Positions 45,290-54,666 of a DNA stretch of 64,000 bases are shown one piece after another. The position numbers and the translations under genes were made by a program. Positions within the stretch are counted from its first letter, which is position 1. Every line of letters begins with the position of its first letter. The notes beneath the pieces were generated by a model. That model was given only the letters and a program-made list of their open reading frames with translations, was not told the DNA's origin and made no database searches. Origin of the DNA: Chloroflexota bacterium (GTDB lineage: Bacteria; Chloroflexota; Limnocylindria; Limnocylindrales; CSP1-4); NCBI GenBank assembly GCA_005882635.1, contig VBFG01000041.1, forward strand, positions 18,529 through 82,528. Reading direction: 5' to 3'.

Positions 45290-46317
45290 GCATCGGCGAC
45301 CCCGCCCGGGTCGTGACGCCGGTCGTCCGCCTCGCCCCCGCCAAGCTCAACCTGACCCTGGCGGTGGTCGGCCGCCGGCCGGACGGGTACCACGCCCTGC
45401 ACACCGTCATGGTGCCGCTCGACCTGGCCGACCGGCTCACGTTCGCCCTCGATCCGTCGCCGGGCGCCTCCGATCGGCTCCACGTCGAGGGCTTCGACGC
45501 CGGCCCGGCCTCCGACAATCTCATTCTCAAGGCGGTCGAGGCGACGAGGCGAGCCGTCCGCGGCGGCCTCTCGGCGCCGCCGCCGGCCCTCGCCATCCGC
45601 CTCGACAAGCGGATCCCGGTCGCGGCCGGGCTGGCCGGCGGCAGCAGCGACGCCGCCGCCGCGATCGATGGCGCGCTCGAGGCCTGGTCGACGCCGGACG
45701 AGCTGTCGGCCGCCGAGCGCTCGGCGGTGGCCGCCTCGGTCGGCAGCGATGTCCCGTTCTTCCTCGCGGGCGGGCCGGCCCTCGTCGAAGGCCGCGGGGA
45801 GCGCGTCACGCGGCTCCATGGCCTGCGGCTGGCGCCCGGCGAGAGACCGCCGGGACTCCTCCTCGTGACACCGGCGATCGCCGCGCACACGGCCGCCGTG
45901 TTCGAGGCGTGGGCCGGCGGCGCCATGGGCCCGCCCGGGATCGCCGCCCGCAGCTCGGAGCACTTCGCGAGCGAATTCGGGTCGGGCCTGTCCGCCGGCC
46001 AGCTCCTCGAGCGGGCTGGCGTCCTCGCCGCCGCCAATGATCTCCTGCCCGCGGCGGCGGCCGTCGTCGAGGGTCTCGTCCCGTTCCGCCGGGCGCTGAT
46101 GCGGTTGCTCGGCCGGCCGATCGGCCTGTCGGGGTCGGGGCCGACGCTCTGGGCGCTCTATCCTTCGGTCGACGACGCGGATGTCGCGGCGGCAGCCGTC
46201 AGGGCCGCGGTCGGCACCGGCTTCGTCCGCCCACCCGGCGACGGGCCGCCGTTCGTCGCTGCCACGACGTTCCTGACCGACGTTCTGCCCACCAGCGAGG
46301 AGGCGACCGATCGATGA
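45286..46317 (+). CDS. ispE: 4-diphosphocytidyl-2-C-methyl-D-erythritol kinase
   Basis: GTG 45286 overlapping rsmA stop; ...VRLAPAKLNLTLAVVGRRPDGYH... and GHMP motif ...PVAAGLAGGSSDAAA...; the ORF-track start 45070 is an extension. Confidence 0.88.
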   Translation: MSIGDPARVVTPVVRLAPAKLNLTLAVVGRRPDGYHALHTVMVPLDLADRLTFALDPSPGASDRLHVEGFDAGPASDNLILKAVEATRRAVRGGLSAPPPALAIRLDKRIPVAAGLAGGSSDAAAAIDGALEAWSTPDELSAAERSAVAASVGSDVPFFLAGGPALVEGRGERVTRLHGLRLAPGERPPGLLLVTPAIAAHTAAVFEAWAGGAMGPPGIAARSSEHFASEFGSGLSAGQLLERAGVLAAANDLLPAAAAVVEGLVPFRRALMRLLGRPIGLSGSGPTLWALYPSVDDADVAAAAVRAAVGTGFVRPPGDGPPFVAATTFLTDVLPTSEEATDR

Positions 46318-46721
46318 CCCGCCAGGCGATCCAGACGAACGGGGCCCCGGCTGCGCTCGGCCCGTACAGCCAGGCGATCCGGAGCGGCGACCTCGTCTTC
46401 TGCTCCGGACAGATCGGCATCGACCCGGTGACCGGCGAGCTGGTGGACGGCGTCGAGGCCCAGGCGGAGCGGGCGATCCGCAACCTCGGGTCTGTCCTCG
46501 ATGCCGCCGGTCTCGGCTTCGACGACGTCGTCAAGACGACGATCTTCCTCGCCGACGTAAACGACTTCGCGACCGTCAACGAGATCTACGCCCGGTTCAT
46601 GCCGGATCCGCCGCCGGCGCGCTCGACGATCGGCGTCGGCGCGCTGCCGAAGGGCGCTCGGGTCGAGATCGAGGCCATCGCCCGCAGGGTCGAGATCGAG
46701 GCCATCGCCCGCCGCGCCTGA
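46314..46721 (+). CDS. ridA: RidA family reactive-intermediate deaminase with duplicated C-terminal nonapeptide
   Basis: ...APAALGPYSQAIRSGDLVFCSGQIG... YjgF/RidA motifs; C-terminus ...ARVEIEAIARRVEIEAIARRA. Confidence 0.88.
   Translation: MTRQAIQTNGAPAALGPYSQAIRSGDLVFCSGQIGIDPVTGELVDGVEAQAERAIRNLGSVLDAAGLGFDDVVKTTIFLADVNDFATVNEIYARFMPDPPPARSTIGVGALPKGARVEIEAIARRVEIEAIARRA
46662..46715 (+). repeat. 27-bp direct tandem duplication (2 units, 25/27 identical) inside the ridA 3' end
   Basis: gtcgagatcgaggccatcgcccgcagg / gtcgagatcgaggccatcgcccgccgc, in frame (VEIEAIARR x2). Confidence 0.85.
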
Positions 46722-46755
46722 CGAACCCAACTGCGTTCGATAGGCCTTCCGAGGT

Positions 46756-46784
46756 TTGACACTCGATAGGGCCGCACCTACCAT
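46756..46784 (+). promoter_or_regulatory. sigma-70-like promoter candidate for glmU (TTGACA-N17-TACCAT)
   Basis: TTGACA 46756-46761, 17-nt spacer, TACCAT 46779-46784; the ORF track used this TTG as the glmU start codon. Confidence 0.45.
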
Positions 46785-46884
46785 CCGCCCAACCTTCGAT
46801 GAGATCACCCCTAGACGCGCCGGGCCCTCACGGCGTCGGGATCGCCACTCCCACCCCGACCAGCGCCCGCCCGCGTCGCCGCTC

Positions 46885-48306
46885 GTGAACCCCCCAAGTC
46901 CCGGATCCGCTCCGCGGGTCGTCGCGGTCGTCATGGCCGCCGGCCTCGGCACGCGGATGAAATCGCGAACGCCGAAGCTCCTCCACCCGCTGGCCGGCCG
47001 GCCGATGGTCGCCTACGTCGTCGACGCCGGCCGTCAGGCGACCGGCCGCCGCCCGATCGTCGTCACGAGCCCGGCGACCGCCGCGGTCCGCGACGCGGTC
47101 GACGACGTCGACTTCGTCCTGCAGGCCGAGCCGCGCGGGACCGGCGACGCCGTCGCGGCGGCTGTGGCCGCGCTCCCAGCCGACGCCGACGAGATCCTCG
47201 TCCTGACCGGCGATGCGCCGCTGCTCGAGGCAGACCTCCTGGCCGAGCTTCTCGATGAACGGCGGCTCGACCAGGCGGCGATCGCCCTCATCGCCGTCGA
47301 CGCGATCGACCCCGGCAACCTGGGCCGCGTCATCCGCGACGACGCCGGAACCGTCGACCGGATCGTCGAGAGGAAGGACGCCACCGACGAAGAGATCGCG
47401 GTCAACGAGATCAACTCCGGCCTGTACGCCTTCGATGCCGTCTGGCTGCGGTCGCGCATCGGCGCGCTCAGCCCGTCGCCGAAGACCAGTGAGCTGTACC
47501 TGACCGAGCTCGTCGAGCTGGCCCGCGCCGACGGCCGGCTCGTCGTCGCCCTGACGGTCGAGGACGACGGCCGCCTGCTCGGGATCAACGACCGCGCGGA
47601 GCTCGCCCAGGCGGAGTGGGACCTCCGAACACGGATCAACGGCGAGCACATGCTCGCGGGGGTGACGATGCGCGACCCGTCGACGGTGTACGTCGACGCG
47701 ACGGTGACCCTCGCCGCGGACGTGACCCTCGAACCGAACGTGATCCTGCGCGGCGCGACAGCCGTGGGGGAGGGGACCACGATCGGGGCCGGTTCGCAGG
47801 TCGTCGACAGCACGATCGGCGCCGGCTGCCTGGTCTGGGCGTCGGTCGTCGAGTCGTCGACTGTCGAGGACGGCGCGCGGGTCGGCCCGTTCAGCCACCT
47901 CCGTCCCGGCTCGCACGTCGGACCGGACGCCGAGGTGGGCAACTTCGCCGAGCTGAAGAGCACCCGCCTCGGCCGCGGCGTGAAGCAGCACCACATGAGC
48001 TACCTCGGCGATGCCGAGGTGGGCCAGGGGACGAACGTCGGGGCCGGCACGATCACGGCCAACTACGACGGGCGGCGGAAGCACCGCACGACGATCGGCG
48101 AGAGGGTGTTCCTCGGTGTCGACACGATGCTCCGGGCGCCGATCACTGTCGGCGACGGCGCCAAGACCGGCGCCGGTGCGGTCGTCACGAGGGACGTGCC
48201 GCCGGGCAAGCTCGCGGTCGGGATGCCGGCCCGCATGCGCGATCCGCGCCCCGACGAACCCGAGCCGGATCCGGCCGCGGCGTCGTCGGCCGACGGGGCC
48301 GAGTAG
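46885..48306 (+). CDS. glmU: bifunctional UDP-N-acetylglucosamine pyrophosphorylase / glucosamine-1-phosphate N-acetyltransferase
   Basis: ...VVAVVMAAGLGTRMKSRTPKLLHPLAGRPMV... plus C-terminal left-handed beta-helix hexapeptide repeats; start GTG 46885 is a guess (an ATG at about 46933 is also possible). Confidence 0.85.
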   Translation: MNPPSPGSAPRVVAVVMAAGLGTRMKSRTPKLLHPLAGRPMVAYVVDAGRQATGRRPIVVTSPATAAVRDAVDDVDFVLQAEPRGTGDAVAAAVAALPADADEILVLTGDAPLLEADLLAELLDERRLDQAAIALIAVDAIDPGNLGRVIRDDAGTVDRIVERKDATDEEIAVNEINSGLYAFDAVWLRSRIGALSPSPKTSELYLTELVELARADGRLVVALTVEDDGRLLGINDRAELAQAEWDLRTRINGEHMLAGVTMRDPSTVYVDATVTLAADVTLEPNVILRGATAVGEGTTIGAGSQVVDSTIGAGCLVWASVVESSTVEDGARVGPFSHLRPGSHVGPDAEVGNFAELKSTRLGRGVKQHHMSYLGDAEVGQGTNVGAGTITANYDGRRKHRTTIGERVFLGVDTMLRAPITVGDGAKTGAGAVVTRDVPPGKLAVGMPARMRDPRPDEPEPDPAAASSADGAE

Positions 48307-49640
48307 TGGTCGACATCCTCGTCATCATCCTGCTGACCCTGCTCGAGGGCTTCTTCGTCGCGGCCGAGATCGCCCTCGTCTCGATCCGCCGGAGCCGGGT
48401 CGAGCAGCTCGTCGAGGAGGGCAGCGCCCGGGCCCGCCGCGTCCAGCGGCTCCTCGGCGACCCCGGCCGGTTCCTCGCCGTGTCCCAGCTCGGGCTGACG
48501 GTCATCGGGTTCTTCGCGTCGGCCTACGCGGCGGTGAACCTGGCCAAGGCGCTCGAGAACCTCCTCGCCGGGATCGGGTTGGGACGCGGCACGGCCGAGG
48601 GTGTCGCGCTCCTGGTCGTGACGGTCGTCCTTGCCCTGTTCACGATCATCTTCGCCGAGCTCGTCCCGAAGACTCTCGCCCTGTCGAGCCCGGAACGCTT
48701 CGCCCTCGCCCTGGCGGTCCCGGTCGACTTCCTGGCGCGCGCGCTCGGCCCGGTGATCGCCCTCCTGACCGGCGTCACGCGGGCGATCGGCGGCCTGTTC
48801 GGCGCGAACGTCACGAACGAGGCGCAGATCACCGCCGAGGAGCTGCGACTGATCGTCGAGCGCGGCGGAGAGCAGGGCGTCCTGGAGGCCGAAGAAGAGC
48901 AGATGATCAACGCGGTCATCGAGCTCGGCGAGCGCCGCCTCCACGAGGTGATGATCCCCCGCATCGCGATCGTCGGGCTGCCGGCGGCGTCGTCGCTCGA
49001 AGACGTCATCGACAAGGTCGTCGACGAGGGTCACAGCCGGATCCCGGTCTACGACGAGTCGATCGACGAGGTCGTCGGCATCCTCTACGCCAAGGACCTC
49101 CTGCCATTCCTGAAGGCGAGCTCGGGCCCGCGGCCGACGCTCCGATCGCTGCTGCGGACGCCCGTGTTCGTGCCGGAGTCGATGACGATCGACGATCTCC
49201 TCCACGAGTTCCAGCGGCGGAAGGTCCACATCGCGATCGTCCTCGACGAGTACGGCGGGACGGCCGGTCTCGTCACGATCGAGGACCTCCTCGAGGAGAT
49301 CGTCGGCGAGATCCAGGACGAGTACGACACCGAGGAGCCGATGGTCGTCCGGCTATCCGAGGACGAGGCACGGGTCGACGGGCGGGCCGACGTCGACGAC
49401 CTGGCCGAGCTGTTCGACACCGACCTCGGGCTCGAGGACGAGGACGAGTACGACACCGTCGGCGGGCTGATCTACCACCGGATCGGCGGCGTCCCGTCGC
49501 CCGGCGACGAGGTGGACGTCGACGGGCTGCATCTGACCGTCGAGTCGACCGACGGCCGACGGGTCGGCAAGGTCCTGGTCGCGCGCCGTCCGCGCGAGAA
49601 CGGCGACGAGCCGCGGCCCGACGAGGACGGCGACCGCTAG
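48306..49640 (+). CDS. CNNM/CorC/TlyC-family transporter (DUF21-CBS pair-CorC_HlyC)
   Basis: GTG 48306 overlapping glmU TAG; 4 N-terminal TM helices, two CBS segments, C-terminal CorC_HlyC-like ...VGGLIYHRIGGVPSPGDEVDVDGLHLTVES...; the upstream part of the ORF-track ORF (47616) is alternate-frame glmU. Confidence 0.8.
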   Translation: MVDILVIILLTLLEGFFVAAEIALVSIRRSRVEQLVEEGSARARRVQRLLGDPGRFLAVSQLGLTVIGFFASAYAAVNLAKALENLLAGIGLGRGTAEGVALLVVTVVLALFTIIFAELVPKTLALSSPERFALALAVPVDFLARALGPVIALLTGVTRAIGGLFGANVTNEAQITAEELRLIVERGGEQGVLEAEEEQMINAVIELGERRLHEVMIPRIAIVGLPAASSLEDVIDKVVDEGHSRIPVYDESIDEVVGILYAKDLLPFLKASSGPRPTLRSLLRTPVFVPESMTIDDLLHEFQRRKVHIAIVLDEYGGTAGLVTIEDLLEEIVGEIQDEYDTEEPMVVRLSEDEARVDGRADVDDLAELFDTDLGLEDEDEYDTVGGLIYHRIGGVPSPGDEVDVDGLHLTVESTDGRRVGKVLVARRPRENGDEPRPDEDGDR

Positions 49641-49851
49641 CCTGCTCGACGACCGCGTACCGATGCTGATCGGCGAGTCGACCTCGGCCGGGATCCGACT
49701 TCGGCCTTCGGTCGTCCCCTGACCGATCCAGCGACGGAGCCGCTCCTCAGGCGGCGTGTCGGTCCTCGGGTGACCGAAACGACTTCGGAGCTCACCTTCC
49801 TCCGCCCGTCCGGTCGCCCGGCGCCCGAGCTAGCAGGAACCGTCGGCGTCC

Positions 49852-50271
49852 TCACGGTCCGATGATCCGCGTGATCAGCCAGATATGGCCGAACGGGTCG
49901 CGGACCTTGCCGGCCTGGACGCCGCTCTCGGGGTGGTCCGGCGGACGGATGAGGTCGGCGCCCGCGGCGACCGCCCGCTCGACGACCCGGTCGACGTCGT
50001 CGACCTCCAGATCGATCGTGACCGAGGTACCCCCGAGCGTCTCCGGCCCGACGACGTTCTCGAACTCGGGATGCTCGTCGGCGAGGTAGATCTCGGCCGA
50101 GCCGATGCCCAGCGTGGCGTGGCCGATCCGGCCATCGGGCTCCTCGATCAGGATCTTCTGGCGCGCCCCGAACGCGCGGGCGTAGAAGTCGATCGCGGCA
50201 CGGGCATCCCGGACGGCGAGGTACGGCGTCGCTGCCTTGACGAGCGAGGCGACGACCCGATCGCTCGTCAT
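49852..50271 (-). CDS. VOC/glyoxalase-family protein (PhnB-like, 139 aa)
   Basis: ATG at 50271 (MTSDRVVASLVKAATPYLAVRDARAAIDFYARAFGA...); the rest of the 374-aa ORF-track ORF is frame read-through. Confidence 0.7.
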   Translation of the reverse strand: MTSDRVVASLVKAATPYLAVRDARAAIDFYARAFGARQKILIEEPDGRIGHATLGIGSAEIYLADEHPEFENVVGPETLGGTSVTIDLEVDDVDRVVERAVAAGADLIRPPDHPESGVQAGKVRDPFGHIWLITRIIGP

Positions 50272-50273
50272 CG

Positions 50274-51299
50274 TCAGGCGGCGATGACCGAGACGATGAT
50301 CTCCTCCAGGCGGGACCGGGCCGCTGCGTCGACGACGCCGGCGGCGTCCAGCTCGGCGAGCGCCTCGTCGCGGTGACGGCGCGCCTGGTCGCGGGTGTAG
50401 TCGCGGGCACCGGTCCGCTCGAGGATTGCGACGACCTCGTCGACCTCGGCGCCGGACGGCCCGCCGTTGCCGTACAGCTCGGCCAGGCGCTCGCGATCCT
50501 CGGGGCCGGCGTGCTCGAAGGCGTAGATCACCGGGAGCGTCTTCTTGCGCCGGGCGATGTCGGTCGGTGGCTTGCCCGTCGCCTGCTCGGCACCCCAGAT
50601 CCCGAGCAGGTCGTCGTTGAGCTGGAAGGCGAGCCCGAGCGCCCAGCCGAACGCGCGGTAGCGGGCGATGACCCGGTCGTCGTCCGAGGCGAGGAGCGCG
50701 CCGGCCTCGATGGAGGCGGCGATCAGGGCCGCCGTCTTCCGGCCGATCATGTCGAAGTAGAGGTCGACCGACATGACCTCGTCGGCCTCGCTCGTCGCGA
50801 TGTCGATGTACTGGCCCTCGCACAGGGCGACGCACGTCTGGTCGTAGAGCCGCATCAGGCGGAGGACCTTCGCGTCGCTGAAGCCGAGGTCGGTCAGGCG
50901 GTGGAGGGCCATCCGGCTCAAGCTGAACAGCATGTCGCCGGTGTTGATCGCCTGGGCGACGCCGTGGAGCGCCCACACGGTCGGGCGGTGACGCCGCTCT
51001 CGGTCGCCATCCTCGATGTCGTCGTGGACCAGGCTGAAGTTGTGGCCGAGCTCGACCGCCGCAGCGCCGGGCAGCGCGGGGCGGTAGTCGCCGGCGATCG
51101 ACGCGTAGGCGAGGAGCCCGAGGAGCGGCCGCATCCGTTTGCCGGCCGGGGCGCCGGATCCGTCGAGCCCGAGGTGGTAGCGAATCATCGCGTAGACGCC
51201 GGCCGTCGAGGGGTCATGGTCGCCGACGAGGCGGAGAATCTCCTCCTCCGTGTCGGCGATCAGGTTGGCGGCTTCGAGGACCGGTTGGGCGGTGGCCAT
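50274..51299 (-). CDS. trans-isoprenyl (polyprenyl) diphosphate synthase-family protein
   Basis: First Asp-rich motif LVHDDIEDGD present; second motif reads FQLNDDLLG (third Asp replaced by Gly); start ATG 51299 (MATAQ...) or upstream ATG 51344. Confidence 0.75.
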   Translation of the reverse strand: MATAQPVLEAANLIADTEEEILRLVGDHDPSTAGVYAMIRYHLGLDGSGAPAGKRMRPLLGLLAYASIAGDYRPALPGAAAVELGHNFSLVHDDIEDGDRERRHRPTVWALHGVAQAINTGDMLFSLSRMALHRLTDLGFSDAKVLRLMRLYDQTCVALCEGQYIDIATSEADEVMSVDLYFDMIGRKTAALIAASIEAGALLASDDDRVIARYRAFGWALGLAFQLNDDLLGIWGAEQATGKPPTDIARRKKTLPVIYAFEHAGPEDRERLAELYGNGGPSGAEVDEVVAILERTGARDYTRDQARRHRDEALAELDAAGVVDAAARSRLEEIIVSVIAA

Positions 51300-51674
51300 C
51301 GCGGGGCCATCGTAGCCGGTTTCGGCCAAACGTGCACCCCGCAAGTAGCCTGTTGCCGCGACGACAGAGCCGGATTCCTGTCATCCGAATCCGAGGCGGT
51401 CGCTCGTCAATCCTCGCCACGGCTCTGGTCCCCTGTCTGAGCGTGGAGGAGGTACGAGTTCTTGCCAGACGGACGTCAGGAGGTCGGTTGGCACGAACTC
51501 GCAGCCGAACGACCGGGTGAGATTCGTGCGACAGGTTGCCCGCCGGGATGGGTCGCGGGCATGGAACGACGCCGGTTCGGGGGACGCAACCGCACCGGCG
51601 TCTGCTCGTCCCTACGCAGCCGAGCGGCGGACGGATGAATCGTCGTCGCCGGAGAGAGGTGCTACCGTCCGATC

Positions 51675-52463
51675 GTGCCGATCCCGCGCCGATATTCGAC
51701 CGATGCGATCGTCCTGTCGCGCTTCGACTACGGCGAGGCCGACCGGATCCTGACGCTGATCACTCCGGGCAGCGGCAAGCTCAAGGCGATCGCCAAGGGG
51801 ATCCGCCGGCCGACGTCGCGGATCGGCGGCAGCCTCGAGCCATTCGCCGAGCTCAACGTCCTGCTCGCCCGCGGTCGGACGTTCGAGGTCGTGACCGAGG
51901 TCCGCGTGGGCCATGCCTGGCTCAACCTCCGCGACTCCCTCGAGAGCGCCGCGACGGCCTGGTACCTCGCCGAGCTCGCCGATCGCTCCCTCGAGGAGCG
52001 CCACGCCGCCGAGCCCGTCTACGCCCTGCTCCGCCGCGCCTACGAGCTGCTCGACGCGGGCATGGCGCCCGGCCGGGTCGCCCGCTGGTACGAGATGCAC
52101 CTGGCGGACGAGCTCGGCGTCCGGCCGGAGGTCGACCGCTGCGTCGAGTGCGATCGCGTCCTCGAGGTCGACGGTCGCTTCCGCTGGGTCCCGTCGCTCG
52201 GCGGGGTGCTGTGCGATCGATGCCCCGGGCCGCCCCACGATCGGTCCGGCCTCACGCTGGAAGCCCTCAAGCTCCTGAAGGCGTACCAGCGCCAGGACGT
52301 GGAAGCCATCGCCGGTCTCCGCCTCGGCCTCGCGACCGAGCGGGAGGTGGAAGCCGCGCTGCGCGACTTCCTCCGCTACGTCCTCGAGCGGGATGCCCGC
52401 TCGCTTGCCTTCCTCGACGAGATCCGGCAGGACACGCCGATCGCGACCGCCATCCCGTCCTGA
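51675..52463 (+). CDS. recO: DNA repair protein RecO
   Basis: ...TDAIVLSRFDYGEADRILTLITPGSGKLKAIAKG... OB fold plus CVECDRV...CDRC zinc finger; TACCGT hexamer 6 nt upstream of GTG. Confidence 0.88.
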   Translation: MPIPRRYSTDAIVLSRFDYGEADRILTLITPGSGKLKAIAKGIRRPTSRIGGSLEPFAELNVLLARGRTFEVVTEVRVGHAWLNLRDSLESAATAWYLAELADRSLEERHAAEPVYALLRRAYELLDAGMAPGRVARWYEMHLADELGVRPEVDRCVECDRVLEVDGRFRWVPSLGGVLCDRCPGPPHDRSGLTLEALKLLKAYQRQDVEAIAGLRLGLATEREVEAALRDFLRYVLERDARSLAFLDEIRQDTPIATAIPS

Positions 52464-52524
52464 TGCCGCGCCTCCAGCCCAGCGAGGACCGAGCCTGAGC
52501 GGGCCACCGATCGTTCCGCGCGGG

Positions 52525-54666
52525 ATGATGCTACGCCGGACGCAGCGACCGGGGATCGAGGGCCGCGAGAGTGGCCTCTCCGGATCGCCTGACATCCCGG
52601 ACCCGCCGAACGAGGGTCCGACCGACCTGCGCGGCCGGCTCGCGAGCGCGGCCCAGGCGATCCGGGCGACGGCAGGCGCGGTCCCGCGCGTCATCGGGCT
52701 GGTCTGGGCGGCCAGCCGGATCCTGACGACCGGCCTGGCGATCGCGACGATCCTCGCCGGCATCGTCCCGGCCATCACCGCCTATGTCGCGAAGCTCCTG
52801 ATCGACGCCGTCGTCCGGGCGATCACCGTCCGGGCCAACCCGTCGCTTCCCGACGTGATCCCGATCGGGCCATGGACGGTCGACGTCGTCTACGCCGTGA
52901 TCCTGCTGGCCGGTGCCCAGTTCCTGGTGTTCGCCCTGTCGTCGTTCCTGAGCACCCTCCGGAACGTCTGCCAGCAGCTCCTCCAGGAGCGGGTGACCAA
53001 CACGATCCAGCTCCAGATCATGGATCACGCCTCGAAGCTGGACCTCGCGTTCTTCGAGGACTCGGCGTCGTACGACCTGCTCCGGCGTGCCCAGCAGGGC
53101 GCCTCGAGCCGGCCGCTGTTCATGGTCAGTGGCGTGTTCGGGCTGATCCAGACGCTCATCGCCTTCGCCTCGATGATCGCCCTGCTGATCGCGCTCAGCC
53201 CGCTCCTTGCCCTCGTCGCCCTCGTCGCCCCGGTTCCCGGGTTCATCGCCGATACGCGCTACGGCTGGCGCGGCTACAACTTCGCCCGGTGGGCCTCGCC
53301 GCTCCGAAGGCGGATGGACTACCTGACGACCCTCGTGACGACCGACTCGTACGCCAAGGAGGTCAAGCTCTTCGGCCTCGGGCCCTACTTCATCGACCGC
53401 TTCCGGATGCTGTCCGGGGTCTACCAGGATCGGCAGCGCGGCCTGGTCGTCGCCCGCTACTTCGCGGGCTTCGTGTGGAGCACGATCACGACGCTGGTCG
53501 GGTCACTGACCTACCTGTACGTCGCGTTCCAGGCCGTCGCCGGCCGCCTGACCCTGGGTGACCTGACGCTCTACACGCAGGCGGCGACCTCGGTCCAGGG
53601 CTCGGTCCAGGGGATCCTCACCGGGTTCGGGTCGATGTACGAGAACCAGCTGTACCTGAACGACCTCTTCGACCTGCTGCGGACGCCGTTCGGGATCGAA
53701 GCGGTCGACCAGACCGCCGATGCCGCGCGCCGGCTCGCGCCGTCCCCGACCGCGGACGGCGAGGTCGTGTTCGACGGTGTCACTTTCACCTACCCCGGAT
53801 CGGGTCGCGAGGCCCTCCACGACGTGTCGCTCCGGATCGCGCCCGGCGAGACGGTCGCGGTCGTCGGCCGGAACGGAGCCGGGAAGTCGACCCTCATCAA
53901 GCTGCTGTGCCGGCTCTACGACCCGAGCGACGGCCGGATCCTGCTCGACGGCGTCGACCTCCGCGAGCTCCAGCCGGCCGCCGTTCGTCGCCTGATCGGC
54001 GGGATGTTTCAGGACTACGTGACGTACCAGGCGACCGCGGCCGAGAACATCGGGCTCGGCGAACTGGGGCGGATCGAGGATCGCGCGGCCGTCGAGGAGG
54101 CCGCGGCCAAGGGTGGCGCCGACAGCCTCCTCGACCGCCTGCCGGCCGGCTGGGACACCCCGCTCGGCAAGTGGTTCGACGGCGGCGTCGAGCTATCCGG
54201 CGGCGAGTGGCAGAAGATCGCCCTCGGGCGGGCGTTCATGCGCGACGCCCGGATCCTCGTCCTCGACGAGCCGACGTCCGCGCTCGACGCCCAGGCGGAG
54301 TTCGAGCTGTTTGCGCGATTGCGGCGGCTCGCAGCGGGCCGGACCGCGATCTACATCTCGCACCGGTTCTCGACCGTGCGGCAGGCCGATCGGATCCTGT
54401 TCCTCGAGCACGGCTCACTGGTCGAGGAGGGAACCCACGACGAGCTGATGGCGCTCGGGGGCCGGTATGCCCGGCTGTTCACGCTCCAGGCGGCGGCGTA
54501 CACGGGCGCGTCGATCGACGGGCTGGCCGACGTCGGCGGCGTCGCCGAGGAGGCCGACGTCGACCCGGACGCGGCGGCCGGATCGACGTCCGACGGCGCG
54601 CCGTCCCAAGCGGACCGAGACAGGGGCACCCGGCCCGAGCCGTCGCCCGACGTCATCCTGCCGTGA
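52525..54666 (+). CDS. ABC exporter, fused permease/ATP-binding protein (MsbA-like, about 713 aa)
   Basis: 6-TM N-terminal domain; Walker A GRNGAGKST, signature LSGGEWQKIALGRA, Walker B ILVLDEPTSALD; start ATG 52525/52528 (the ORF-track start 52393 overlaps recO). Confidence 0.85.
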   Translation: MMLRRTQRPGIEGRESGLSGSPDIPDPPNEGPTDLRGRLASAAQAIRATAGAVPRVIGLVWAASRILTTGLAIATILAGIVPAITAYVAKLLIDAVVRAITVRANPSLPDVIPIGPWTVDVVYAVILLAGAQFLVFALSSFLSTLRNVCQQLLQERVTNTIQLQIMDHASKLDLAFFEDSASYDLLRRAQQGASSRPLFMVSGVFGLIQTLIAFASMIALLIALSPLLALVALVAPVPGFIADTRYGWRGYNFARWASPLRRRMDYLTTLVTTDSYAKEVKLFGLGPYFIDRFRMLSGVYQDRQRGLVVARYFAGFVWSTITTLVGSLTYLYVAFQAVAGRLTLGDLTLYTQAATSVQGSVQGILTGFGSMYENQLYLNDLFDLLRTPFGIEAVDQTADAARRLAPSPTADGEVVFDGVTFTYPGSGREALHDVSLRIAPGETVAVVGRNGAGKSTLIKLLCRLYDPSDGRILLDGVDLRELQPAAVRRLIGGMFQDYVTYQATAAENIGLGELGRIEDRAAVEEAAAKGGADSLLDRLPAGWDTPLGKWFDGGVELSGGEWQKIALGRAFMRDARILVLDEPTSALDAQAEFELFARLRRLAAGRTAIYISHRFSTVRQADRILFLEHGSLVEEGTHDELMALGGRYARLFTLQAAAYTGASIDGLADVGGVAEEADVDPDAAAGSTSDGAPSQADRDRGTRPEPSPDVILP

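Noticed and set aside
51560-51620. GGTTCG-containing segment, possible tRNA
   Set aside because: No acceptor/anticodon arms can be built. It is just a 9-bp hairpin.
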